Shown: positions 8,976-16,858 of the stretch, piece after piece
Layout of the letters: each line of letters opens with the position of its first letter
How positions within the stretch are numbered: the first letter of the stretch is position 1
Assembly: GCA_023142995.1 (NCBI GenBank)
Contig: JAGLIM010000024.1
Location: 6,071-70,070 of the forward strand
Reading direction: 5' to 3'
From: Minisyncoccota bacterium
GTDB lineage: Bacteria; Patescibacteriota; Minisyncoccia; JAHIHE01; JAGLIN01
DNA: 64,000 bases
The notes under the pieces: model-generated
What the model was told of the DNA's origin: nothing
The model's input: only the letters and a program-made list of their open reading frames with translations
The model's database searches: none
Position numbers and translations under genes: made by a program

Positions 8976-10190
8976 ATGAACTTTTTAGATCTGGAAACAG
9001 AAACGATAAGAAGGGAAATGGAAGAACAGATGCAAGTTTGCCCTAAATGCGGGATAAAGCAACCTCTAAATGAGGTGTGGATTCAGAAGAAGAGTTGGAA
9101 GGGCAAATATAGTTCTCAAAACCTTAAAAAACTATGCCCGTCATGTGACGAAGATTATAGAATATTCGTAGAATATGGTGGACAGTTTGAAAATTTGAAA
9201 ACACTCGATGATTTCAGGGTGGTTTTTGAAGAATTTTTGGTAAGTCCCAAAGTGGAATTATCGGCAGTTGAACGTAGTTATCAGGTTTTAAAAGAGTTTG
9301 CGGGATTAAGAGTGCAAATTGCAATTGAAGCCCAGAAATTTTCGGGACGATTTAGTTCAAGAAGCAAGCGAATGGATGAGATATATCCAATTAGTCAAAG
9401 CGTTTTTGCTCCTCAGATAACCGAAGAATTCGGTGAAAAAGCAGGAGGTGTAGGATGGCAAAAATTCTTGATGAGCCAAGTGGTGGAAGTAAAAGCGGTC
9501 AAATCAGGACTGGAAAGGGAGATTGCCAAACAAGTTGGCTTTTATCCAATATGGAATATGTATGCAAAACACATCCCAGGAATCGGGGAATGGTTGACAG
9601 GATATTTGATTGCTAGTATTGGCGATCCAAAAAGGTTTCCTGATACAGGACATCTTTGGGGCAATGCAGGTCTAAGGGTCACAAAGGAAAATTTGGCTCA
9701 ATCGCGTACGCGAGGTACAAAACTAAATTATGATCCGTTGCTCAAAACCGTGATTTGCTTTATTCTGCCTCAGTCTTTGCAGTGGCAAAAAAGCAGGTTT
9801 CCTAATTCGCCTTATTCTCAGCTTTTCGAAAGTGTAAGACTCAAGGAACAGGAAAAGGCCATAAATGCTCATCCTGCAATATGTAACATAAGAGGATGTA
9901 AAGAAACCGAGATTGTAAACCTTGGATTTAAGAATGATTCAAAAGGAGGAAGAACATTCCAAGGATTCTGCTGTAAAAAAACGCTTGGTACGAAAAAAGA
10001 GCACAAATTCTTCAATCCTGCCCACATTCAAGCGAGAGTTATGCGAGAAGTTGGCAAAAAGTTCTTTGCTGATTTTTGGCATACAATGTTGTATTTTGAA
10101 AGTGAGAATCCGGATATATACGGCAGAGAAGGTGAACACGCGGCAAACGAAAGAATACTCTGGGTGTTTGAACAAGCATTGAAAGCATAA
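8976..10190 (+). CDS. zinc-ribbon / helix-hairpin-helix DNA-binding protein, possibly related to the IS110-family transposase C-terminal domain
   Basis: CPKCG...CPSCD zinc ribbon. HhH motif HIPGIGEWLTGYLIASIGDPKRFP followed by LWGNAGL, as in the IS110 Transposase_20 domain. Second Cys cluster CNIRGC...GFCCKK near the C-terminus. GGAGG lies 11 nt upstream of the ATG. Confidence 0.5.
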   Translation: MNFLDLETETIRREMEEQMQVCPKCGIKQPLNEVWIQKKSWKGKYSSQNLKKLCPSCDEDYRIFVEYGGQFENLKTLDDFRVVFEEFLVSPKVELSAVERSYQVLKEFAGLRVQIAIEAQKFSGRFSSRSKRMDEIYPISQSVFAPQITEEFGEKAGGVGWQKFLMSQVVEVKAVKSGLEREIAKQVGFYPIWNMYAKHIPGIGEWLTGYLIASIGDPKRFPDTGHLWGNAGLRVTKENLAQSRTRGTKLNYDPLLKTVICFILPQSLQWQKSRFPNSPYSQLFESVRLKEQEKAINAHPAICNIRGCKETEIVNLGFKNDSKGGRTFQGFCCKKTLGTKKEHKFFNPAHIQARVMREVGKKFFADFWHTMLYFESENPDIYGREGEHAANERILWVFEQALKA

Positions 10191-10212
10191 GTCGAAGCCT
10201 AAGACCATAAGT

Positions 10213-10475
10213 TGGGTGTGAAAAACCAGAATTGTTTTGTCTTTCAAGACCATGAGTATCCTGTGTAAAACCACAACGGATTTGTCTTTGGTGGTGTTAG
10301 ATGAAAATTTTACACCACTAAAATTAAGACCATTCAATCGCTATGAGAAATCAGTAAAAAAATGTTTCTTAAGGCCATTTCCCAATTGTGAAAAACCAAC
10401 AAGTCGTTGCTCACTAAAGCCAGCATTCATGTGTGAAAAATTCATGAAGCGTTTTAGAACAATGTCAAGCCTCGG
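10213..10475 (+). repeat. degenerate tandem ~45-bp repeats carrying TGTG(A/T)AAAACCA cores
   Basis: Cores at 10217, 10261, 10386 and 10431. Units are ~70% identical. Confidence 0.35.
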
Positions 10476-10542
10476 AGAAATAATAAACAAAAATTCTTCG
10501 GGGTTATCTTTTTATATTTTTTTGACTGATTATTTTTATCTA

Positions 10543-10657
10543 TCTCATAAACCTTTCCACTCTTTCCAACTTTCCCTCAACCCTATCCCAATTCTCCAAA
10601 ATCTCCACCCAAACCACCGGGAAATTGTTCGGGGCTACATTTTGTTGTCCCGACAAG
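10543..10657 (+). repeat. R1 CT-rich repeat, copy 5
   Basis: Same consensus as copies 3 and 4. Confidence 0.85.
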
Positions 10658-10682
10658 AAAAATAACTTTTCGTTTTGGTATA

Positions 10683-10711
10683 TTGACATTTTGGTAAAGA
10701 TATGCTAAATT
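10683..10711 (+). promoter_or_regulatory. sigma70-like promoter (TTGACA-17-TAAATT)
   Basis: TTGACA at 10683-10688. -10 at 10706-10711. Confidence 0.5.
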
Positions 10712-10757
10712 GACTAGTCAACAGAATTAAGTAAAGCTGTTGTTGGAGGAACCAAGG

Positions 10758-11177
10758 ATGAGAGATTGTAGTGAAATTAGAATTGTACCTTTAAATGGTG
10801 ATGAAAATGAAACGGAGATATTAATTGTTTTCATTGCAATGGATTATGCAAAGGAGTCTATAAGAAAAGACTTTGAGCATGAAGCATTGCTTTATAATGA
10901 TGTAGGTATTCCCGGACTGCGAATAAAAGAACTGATGCATTCATCGTTAATTAGCTGTAAGCAACATTATAAAGAAGAAGAGTATGCTTCAAAAGATGTT
11001 TTTGAAGAATTCGTACAGTATTTTAAGGATGACTGTAGAAAAATAAATGAAAAAGAAAGATACAGGATCATAAAAATAACAGATGATCAAAAGGAGATCA
11101 AATTTGAACAAGAAAAGAAACAAGAAAATAGACTTTTAAGATTTATAAATAGACTTTTAAAAGTCCTAAGGATGTAA
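10758..11177 (+). CDS. hypothetical protein (start at SD-preceded ATG; ORF track begins at TTG 10740)
   Basis: GGAGGA at 10744-10749 lies 8 nt before ATG 10758. Confidence 0.45.
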   Translation: MRDCSEIRIVPLNGDENETEILIVFIAMDYAKESIRKDFEHEALLYNDVGIPGLRIKELMHSSLISCKQHYKEEEYASKDVFEEFVQYFKDDCRKINEKERYRIIKITDDQKEIKFEQEKKQENRLLRFINRLLKVLRM

Positions 11178-11228
11178 ATTTTGCGATTTATATCTTTTTT
11201 ATTTTTTACTTTATTAATTCTTTTATCA

Positions 11229-11258
11229 ATTTTTTCCAAATTCTCCAAAATCCACATT
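11229..11258 (+). repeat. R1 repeat remnant (partial)
   Basis: ccaaattctccaaaatccaca matches the central part of R1. Confidence 0.4.
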
Positions 11259-11299
11259 TAAATAGATAAATAAAAAATAGCTTCTGTAATCCACAGAAA

Positions 11300-11953
11300 C
11301 TATATCAATGATTTTGGTAGCATATTCTCAGATTTCCATTTAGCTCTTAATTCTTCCAAGTTCATATTTATGTCTTGGTAGAAAGTGGGTTTTAAGGATA
11401 CTGGGTTGGCTACAAATTTGAAGAAGATTTGTGCTAGTGGTTCATCTTCAATTGGTAAGAAGAACCAAAAATCGTTCAAATTGATGATCTCAACAGTCCA
11501 GCTATTGTAGTATCCTGGATTGCCAAGTCCAGCATCAAGCGCAATACTAATTCCCCATCTTACTGTAGTGGATCTAGCACGAACCTCGCTTGTTATCCAT
11601 GGCACAGTACTGCCGATGAATTCAACTGTATGCCCCAGTATTCTTTCTATGGGTGCTAGCAAAATTCCCTTTTTGCCTGTTTTCTTTTCTCTTGAATCTT
11701 TCATTTCAAATTCATTTCTCCATTAAGCAATCGTTTTTGCCATAAATGGTCCTTCAAAAACTTTAGAAGGATCGTGTGGTGTTACGATTGTGTTTGGTGG
11801 AAATTTTATAACTCGATAAAAGTCTGGAGCCACGCGTAGATCGCAAGCAGTTCCAGTTAACATTTCAGGATAAAACGGGTCTATAACAATATATCCTTTT
11901 TCTCGAGCTTCTAAAATTGTTTCATCGGAGAGAACTCCTCCTGTTTCAAACAT
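11300..11953 (-). pseudogene. dcd: dCTP deaminase/dUTPase-family gene interrupted by one in-frame TAA
   Basis: N-terminal ORF (11723-11953) carries the DLRV...F motif. C-terminal ORF (11300-11704) carries ARSTTVRWGISIALDAGLGNPGYYNSWTVEIINL, the Dcd/dUTPase core. Both are in the same frame, separated only by TAA plus 6 sense codons. Confidence 0.55.
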
Positions 11954-12044
11954 TATTTATTACCTCCTAATAACTTCAATTCGTATGTTATGTTCGTCAT
12001 AAATTATATGACATCATATTAGATTATCATTAAATTAGTAATTT

Positions 12045-12072
12045 GTCAATGGTAAACACACTCACCATTGAC
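12045..12072 (+). promoter_or_regulatory. operator-like perfect inverted repeat overlapping a -35
   Basis: GTCAATGGT-N10-ACCATTGAC. The right arm overlaps TTGACG of the promoter at 12068. Confidence 0.4.
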
Positions 12073-12096
12073 GAAGATAAAATACTATGATAGACT
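12068..12096 (+). promoter_or_regulatory. sigma70-like promoter (TTGACG-17-TAGACT)
   Basis: It shares the TGATAGACT -10 region with the promoter at 6780. Confidence 0.5.
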
Positions 12097-12157
12097 GTTT
12101 AGTCATGATAAAACCGTGACAAAAATATTGTTTATTTAATTTAGGAGCGTGAAATAA

Positions 12158-12664
12158 TTGACTGAAAAAGTAAACATAGATGAAATAATAGCATCTTTAA
12201 AAACAAATGAGAAAATAGATGTTATTAGAATTATAGAGAAAGTAAGTACCTATCGTAGGATTGTCGAGGTTTTTCTTGTTCCAGCGAAAGTAGAAACTTC
12301 AAATGGAATAGTTGATCTTGATGGTCTGCAGAAACTTTTAGAGGGATTAGTTTCTTGCCAGATGGAAGTTCGGGAGTTCGAACAAGTCGGAGACGATATC
12401 TATTTTGGATACTTACGTGCTAACATAAATGTTATGGCAGCCGTAAACAGAGTGGAAGGAGAAAAATGGGAGAATTTTACAATTCATTTGTATCCAAATA
12501 TTTTAATTGGAATTCCTGCAGCTTATAGTGAAGATAATATTTATTATAGATCAGAGATAACGAGAGCTCACTATTATCAAACGATGATAGCAGCATACTT
12601 TATGGCACCTCATTTTGGTGAAATTGGTTTGTTGTTATCTAATTTAGCTGAAAAGAAAGGATGA
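12158..12664 (+). CDS. hypothetical protein (TTG start, AGGAG 10 nt upstream)
   Basis: 168-aa ORF. Confidence 0.45.
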   Translation: MTEKVNIDEIIASLKTNEKIDVIRIIEKVSTYRRIVEVFLVPAKVETSNGIVDLDGLQKLLEGLVSCQMEVREFEQVGDDIYFGYLRANINVMAAVNRVEGEKWENFTIHLYPNILIGIPAAYSEDNIYYRSEITRAHYYQTMIAAYFMAPHFGEIGLLLSNLAEKKG

Positions 12665-12715
12665 TCAGTAAAATATTTCAACATTGGTATTTCTTTTTTT
12701 AAAGTCTATAAATCT

Positions 12716-12752
12716 ATGGAGCAAAGGGTTCAACCTAACCTCCATTTTTATT
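12716..12752 (+). terminator. intrinsic terminator, T2 module copy
   Basis: ATGGAG-caaagggttcaacctaac-CTCCAT followed by TTTTTATTT. Near-identical to the 8533 module. Confidence 0.55.
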
Positions 12753-12840
12753 TATCTTAAATTGAAAAATATTTCATAATTATTTTTAAAAATCTTGGTT
12801 TGTACTTAATTTATTTTATTAATATTTCTATTTTCTCTAA

Positions 12841-12904
12841 TTTTTCAAAATTCTCATTTAAACTATTGAAAATTTCATTGATTTGACAAGAAAAATATCG
12901 TAAG
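12841..12904 (+). repeat. R1 repeat remnant plus degenerate copy of the 6718 terminator
   Basis: ttttcaaaattctcatttaaa...gacaagaaaaatatcgtaagaaactagatttctaattggaaacctagc parallels 6690-6750. Confidence 0.5.
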
Positions 12905-12969
12905 AAACTAGATTTCTAATTGGAAACCTAGCTTTTTTTGAGAGTATGCATGCAAGAGTATGCATGCTA

Positions 12970-12998
12970 TTGACAAAAATGATGTTTTCTGTTATATT
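12970..12998 (+). promoter_or_regulatory. sigma70-like promoter (TTGACA-17-TATATT)
   Basis: Preceded by a duplicated GTATGCATGC motif. Confidence 0.5.
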
Positions 12999-13038
12999 TC
13001 TCAGTTGTAATAAAATTTTGATAGAAATCGTTCTTTTA

Positions 13039-13086
13039 CAAACATTCCTTGCGGGTCAAATGTAATAAAACAAGCTTTATTACATT
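13039..13086 (+). promoter_or_regulatory. 21-bp perfect inverted repeat (hairpin) in the 5' leader of the 13145 gene
   Basis: TTGCGGGTCAAATGTAATAAA-acaagc-TTTATTACATTTGACCCGCAA. No T-run follows. Confidence 0.45.
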
Positions 13087-13144
13087 TGACCCGCAATATG
13101 GGAATAAATAAAATAATAAAAAATTCAGAAGAGGTAGTATAAAA

Positions 13145-14380
13145 ATGTATAAAAAAAGTATTTTTGTTGTTATGATGGCTATTATTGCTATTATTGCTAC
13201 TGTTGTTGTGATAGCAGCATCTAGCTATGAAGATTGGAAGGAGATGCCAGAGAATAGAGATCCATATCACATAGAAGGAGTGATCTGTGATATGGAAAAT
13301 GACTTACCAGCTAAGGATGTTTCTGTCACTGTTTCTGATGAAACGGGGAGAATATTTGAAACAAAAACTAACACAGATGGCATGTTCAGTTTTGATATTC
13401 TCGCTTGTATTTTGTGTGAATCTCAGTATCAAACCATTTCGACGGAAACAGTAGATCATGATTCTGTCGATTCAATTTCACAGGTTATGATGTATGATGT
13501 ATGGATGTGCAGTGATCCCTGGATAGTATCTATCAAGATAGAAAAAGATGGATACAGCTCAATTGAAGAAACATTTTCATTAGGAAAAGAAGGTGGGTTC
13601 TATAATGTTTTTATTTCTAAGATTGATATTAAAGATAGAGCATCTTCATGGATAGCTCTTTATGAGAAAAACGAATCAGAATTTGTCTCAGAAAAGTTTA
13701 GCAATGCTGAATTCTGGCTAAATTCTGCAAGAGCAGAGCCAGAGTTGTTCAAGATAGATTTTGTCCGAGATAATGCATGCAAGGCAAATATCTCTCTCGA
13801 AGAATTAGGCACATCAAATGATGAGCTTTTAAATCTTGAGAGACAAGCATATATAAGCAATGCTGAATTTTGGTTGGAATCTGCAAGAAATGATCCTGAA
13901 TTGTTCAAGATAGATTTTGTCCGAGATAATGCATGCAAGGCAAATATCTCTCTCGAAGAATTAGGCACATCAAATGATGAGCTTTTAAATCTTGAGAGAC
14001 AAGCACGTATAAATAATGCTGAATTCTGGCTAAATTCTGCAAGAGCAGAACCAGAATTGTTCAAGATAGATTTTGTCCGAGATAATGCATATTATGCGTA
14101 TGTTTCTATTGAATATATAGGCACATCAAATGATGAGCTTTTAAATCTTGAGAGACAAGCACGTATAAATAATGCTGAATTCTGGCTAAATTCTGCAAGA
14201 GCAGAACCAGAATTGTTCAAGATAGATTTTATCAGAGATAATGCATGCAAGGCAAATATCTCTCTTGAAAAGTTAGGCACATCAAATGATGAGCTTTTAA
14301 ATCTTGAGAGAATGGCAAATGGAAGGAAGAAGACAATAGCAATTAGTTCTTCACCTTCCTTTTTATTTGTCTTAAATTGA
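13145..14380 (+). CDS. secreted or membrane-anchored repeat protein with carboxypeptidase-regulatory-like domain
   Basis: N-terminal hydrophobic anchor, then VTVSDETGRIFETKTNTDGMFSF (CarboxypepD_reg-like), then four near-identical 46-aa repeats NAEFWLNSARAEPELFKIDFVRDNACKANISLEELGTSNDELLNLERQARI. Confidence 0.6.
   Translation: MYKKSIFVVMMAIIAIIATVVVIAASSYEDWKEMPENRDPYHIEGVICDMENDLPAKDVSVTVSDETGRIFETKTNTDGMFSFDILACILCESQYQTISTETVDHDSVDSISQVMMYDVWMCSDPWIVSIKIEKDGYSSIEETFSLGKEGGFYNVFISKIDIKDRASSWIALYEKNESEFVSEKFSNAEFWLNSARAEPELFKIDFVRDNACKANISLEELGTSNDELLNLERQAYISNAEFWLESARNDPELFKIDFVRDNACKANISLEELGTSNDELLNLERQARINNAEFWLNSARAEPELFKIDFVRDNAYYAYVSIEYIGTSNDELLNLERQARINNAEFWLNSARAEPELFKIDFIRDNACKANISLEKLGTSNDELLNLERMANGRKKTIAISSSPSFLFVLN
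13690..14310 (+). repeat. 4 x 138-bp tandem coding repeats
   Basis: Units are almost identical at the nucleotide level. Confidence 0.8.
14321..14369 (+). terminator. terminator-like hairpin + T-run (diverged T2 module) lying inside the last codons of the 13145 ORF
   Basis: GGAAGGAAGAAGAC...GTTCTTCACCTTCC then TTTTTATTTG. The same ttatttgtcttaaattgaaaaatattt tail as at 12746. Confidence 0.35.
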
Positions 14381-14566
14381 AAAATATTTTTAAAATGATT
14401 ATACTAGGATCTTTCAGTTTTCATAGAGCCTGAGGCAGATTTTTAGATCTTGTCTCTTATTTTTGATTAAGAGGTAATTCAATTTAAAATAAAAATCCCG
14501 CAGATCATCATATTCGAAAATAGATTATCTACGGGTAAGTTTTCTTATATATTGTTTGATCTAATG

Positions 14567-15562
14567 TTAGCACAATATTAGATCAAGAGTTTCTTTGTAG
14601 GTAGCATCTTTAATCTCCATTGCACATCTTCTTCCGAAATCTATCCTTTCTCCATATAAGTAGAATGGATATGGTGTTGCTCCTGCATCTGGAGACCCTG
14701 GCATTCTGAGGCTCAGATCAATAGGTCTCAATGTTTCTTTTGCATCTCCCATACATTGTATTGCGAAGGGTCCAATCATACCTTGAGGATAATGTTCCTC
14801 AATTGTCTTAACAAGGTTCCAGCCCATATTTACTACTTGCTCAAGCAGAGATTCTCTCAGGCTGATTGGAATGTGCGTAGCTTCTTCGCCGTTTCCAAAT
14901 TGTCTTCTTGTGTCAGCACCCAAGAATTCCAGATCTTCCCACGTTGGAGAATAGAAATAGTTCAGATTGATCAATAGATCACCTGGAATATACTCTTGTA
15001 TAGGCGCGCTTTTGAATGCCGTTTCTACGAAATTCTTATCATCTGATGAAGCATTTCCAATAACCATTTTTAACTTCTCATAGTATTCTTTAGTAGAGTT
15101 TACGACAACAAAGTCTCGAGCGAAAGCTCTTTCCTTTAAGAATTGAGATGCTTTGATCAGAACAGGCCGATCTATTTCCTCTGGACTGTTAAATGCCAAT
15201 GGGGTCGGTAGTTTGGCTTTTTCCATCAGGAAATCCTGGTTCTTTTCTATCTTGTATGGTTCTGCTCGTTCCTCTACTTCCATAAGATAAGGATTTCCAA
15301 AGAATGGAACATCCATTTCATATATCGGATCATAACCGTTTTGTGGATCTCTCAGATATACTGCCAGAGATCTATTCAAATTGATTATTCCATTTTTTTC
15401 TCTCACCCAATCGGCAACTGGTTTGCCGAGAAGTTCTTTCCAGTCTTTAACGACATGGACTTCTTGAACGCAACCTACCTTACGATTTCTGTGACTTCTC
15501 TCGTAGAACATTTCAGTATATGTTCTGTGTCTTCCTTTTTTAGCAAGAACAAAACTTCCCAT
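14567..15562 (-). CDS. purP: PurP-like 5-formaminoimidazole-4-carboxamide ribonucleotide synthetase (ATP-grasp), start uncertain
   Basis: Coordinates run from the first ATG. Homology continues upstream to ~15700 (ILEGYNTDNLSCGTIGSHSALDVCSGARLEG = PurP N-terminal GSHSAL motif), with a GGGAGG SD at 15693-15698 but no canonical start codon. Confidence 0.5.
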   Translation of the reverse strand: MGSFVLAKKGRHRTYTEMFYERSHRNRKVGCVQEVHVVKDWKELLGKPVADWVREKNGIINLNRSLAVYLRDPQNGYDPIYEMDVPFFGNPYLMEVEERAEPYKIEKNQDFLMEKAKLPTPLAFNSPEEIDRPVLIKASQFLKERAFARDFVVVNSTKEYYEKLKMVIGNASSDDKNFVETAFKSAPIQEYIPGDLLINLNYFYSPTWEDLEFLGADTRRQFGNGEEATHIPISLRESLLEQVVNMGWNLVKTIEEHYPQGMIGPFAIQCMGDAKETLRPIDLSLRMPGSPDAGATPYPFYLYGERIDFGRRCAMEIKDATYKETLDLILC

Positions 15563-15841
15563 TCCTTCCAGACGTGCTCCACTACAGACGTCCAGTGCAG
15601 AATGACTTCCAATCGTGCCACAAGAAAGGTTATCTGTGTTATATCCTTCTAATATAGATCCAATATCTTCTCTGTCTTTTTTCGTGTTAATTCCTCCCTG
15701 TTGATGTTTTAAGGAACAAATAAAGCCAAGTTATTTTTTAACTTGACCCTCCTTCCTTAGAACAATACTAAACTAAAACATTTAAAAAGGCAAGGTGATT
15801 ATTAATTTGCCTGAATTATTGTTATTTTAAATTCTGTTTCA

Positions 15842-15964
15842 ACAGGCTGTCTAAAAACTTTCTTGGGTAGATTAAAGCCCTCGCTTTAATCTCTTGCCTA
15901 AGCCATTTGAAATTTGAGCGAGGGCTCAAATCTACTCGAATAGGGACTTATTTAGACAGCCTGT
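15842..15964. repeat. nested imperfect palindrome (MITE-like or structured RNA element)
   Basis: Outer 14-bp perfect stem ACAGGCTGTCTAAA/TTTAGACAGCCTGT enclosing inner stem AGCCCTCGCT/AGCGAGGGCT. Confidence 0.5.
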
Positions 15965-15978
15965 CAAGTCTAAATATC

Positions 15979-16028
15979 AAAAACGTAGTGTATTTTGCAA
16001 CGGCCGTTGCAAAATACACTACGTTTTT
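15979..16028. terminator. bidirectional intrinsic terminator: 25-bp perfect palindrome flanked by A- and T-runs
   Basis: AAAAACGTAGTGTATTTTGCAACGG|CCGTTGCAAAATACACTACGTTTTT, immediately 3' of the minus-strand HD gene. Confidence 0.6.
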
Positions 16029-16090
16029 GACAAAATAAAATATAGAAAAATATAAGATATTGAATAAAGATTATAAAAAAGAGCCATAAT

Positions 16091-16711
16091 TTATATGGCT
16101 TTTAAAAATTCTTGTTCCTTTTCAAATTGCTTGAAGAATGAGTCTATATATTTTTCATTCTCTTCAACAATTTTTTTGGCAATAGATGTTTGCAATAGCG
16201 GTTTTGCTTTTGCAATTTTCTGTTTATACCACTCTACGGCGTCTACAATAGAAATTCCTTGTTGACCACATAATGTAAAGACGCGAGCTAATCCGATCGC
16301 TCCGAAACCATCAAGTTTGTCTGCATCGTATAAGATCTTTGCTTCAATGGTCTCTGGAGAATTAACAACTTCTGAAGAGTGTTGAGAAATAACTTCTAGC
16401 ACTCTTTTGATCTTCTCTTTGGGGTATCCGATGCTTTCCAATATCTCTCTGGACTTTACGACGCTTCCTTGTACGTGTAAGCTTTTCTTTTCGTTATATG
16501 GTTGTCTGACGTCATGAAGCCATACAGCAATTTGAAGAATCTCCAAATTAACTTTTTCGTCATTACCTACCAGTTCTGCTGATATAAGTTTGGCCCAGCT
16601 TAAGACCCTAAGTATATGATCTAATCTATGTGCAACTGATTGATTCGTTTGTGTCTTATCAAGTGCGATCACTTCTTTTTTGACTTTTTCCAAATAGTTT
16701 GGATGATACAT
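16091..16711 (-). CDS. HD-domain phosphohydrolase
   Basis: H...HD...LHD...YDADKLD metal-binding residues. Confidence 0.7.
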   Translation of the reverse strand: MYHPNYLEKVKKEVIALDKTQTNQSVAHRLDHILRVLSWAKLISAELVGNDEKVNLEILQIAVWLHDVRQPYNEKKSLHVQGSVVKSREILESIGYPKEKIKRVLEVISQHSSEVVNSPETIEAKILYDADKLDGFGAIGLARVFTLCGQQGISIVDAVEWYKQKIAKAKPLLQTSIAKKIVEENEKYIDSFFKQFEKEQEFLKAI

Positions 16712-16858
16712 ATTTCTTTTCCTCCATATATGAATTATTTATTTCATTTTAAATATATAGTTACGATCTGTCAATTTTTTAATTTTTCACTATTGCCATT
16801 TTAATTTACTGTGGAAAATATAGATGAGTCAAATTCTATTTTTCTTAATTGACTTATA

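Noticed and set aside
5100-13000. Classical integron (attC sites plus intI)
   Set aside because: No tyrosine-recombinase integrase is present in the window. The repeats are conserved in primary sequence but lack the R''-L''/L'-R' inverted-repeat architecture. Every cassette has its own promoter. The analogy is kept only as a loose comparison.
14556-14586. 10-bp inverted repeat TTGATCTAAT...ATTAGATCAA at the 3' end of purP as terminator
   Set aside because: No U-tract follows on the relevant (minus) strand, and the dyad overlaps the stop codon. It is left unannotated.
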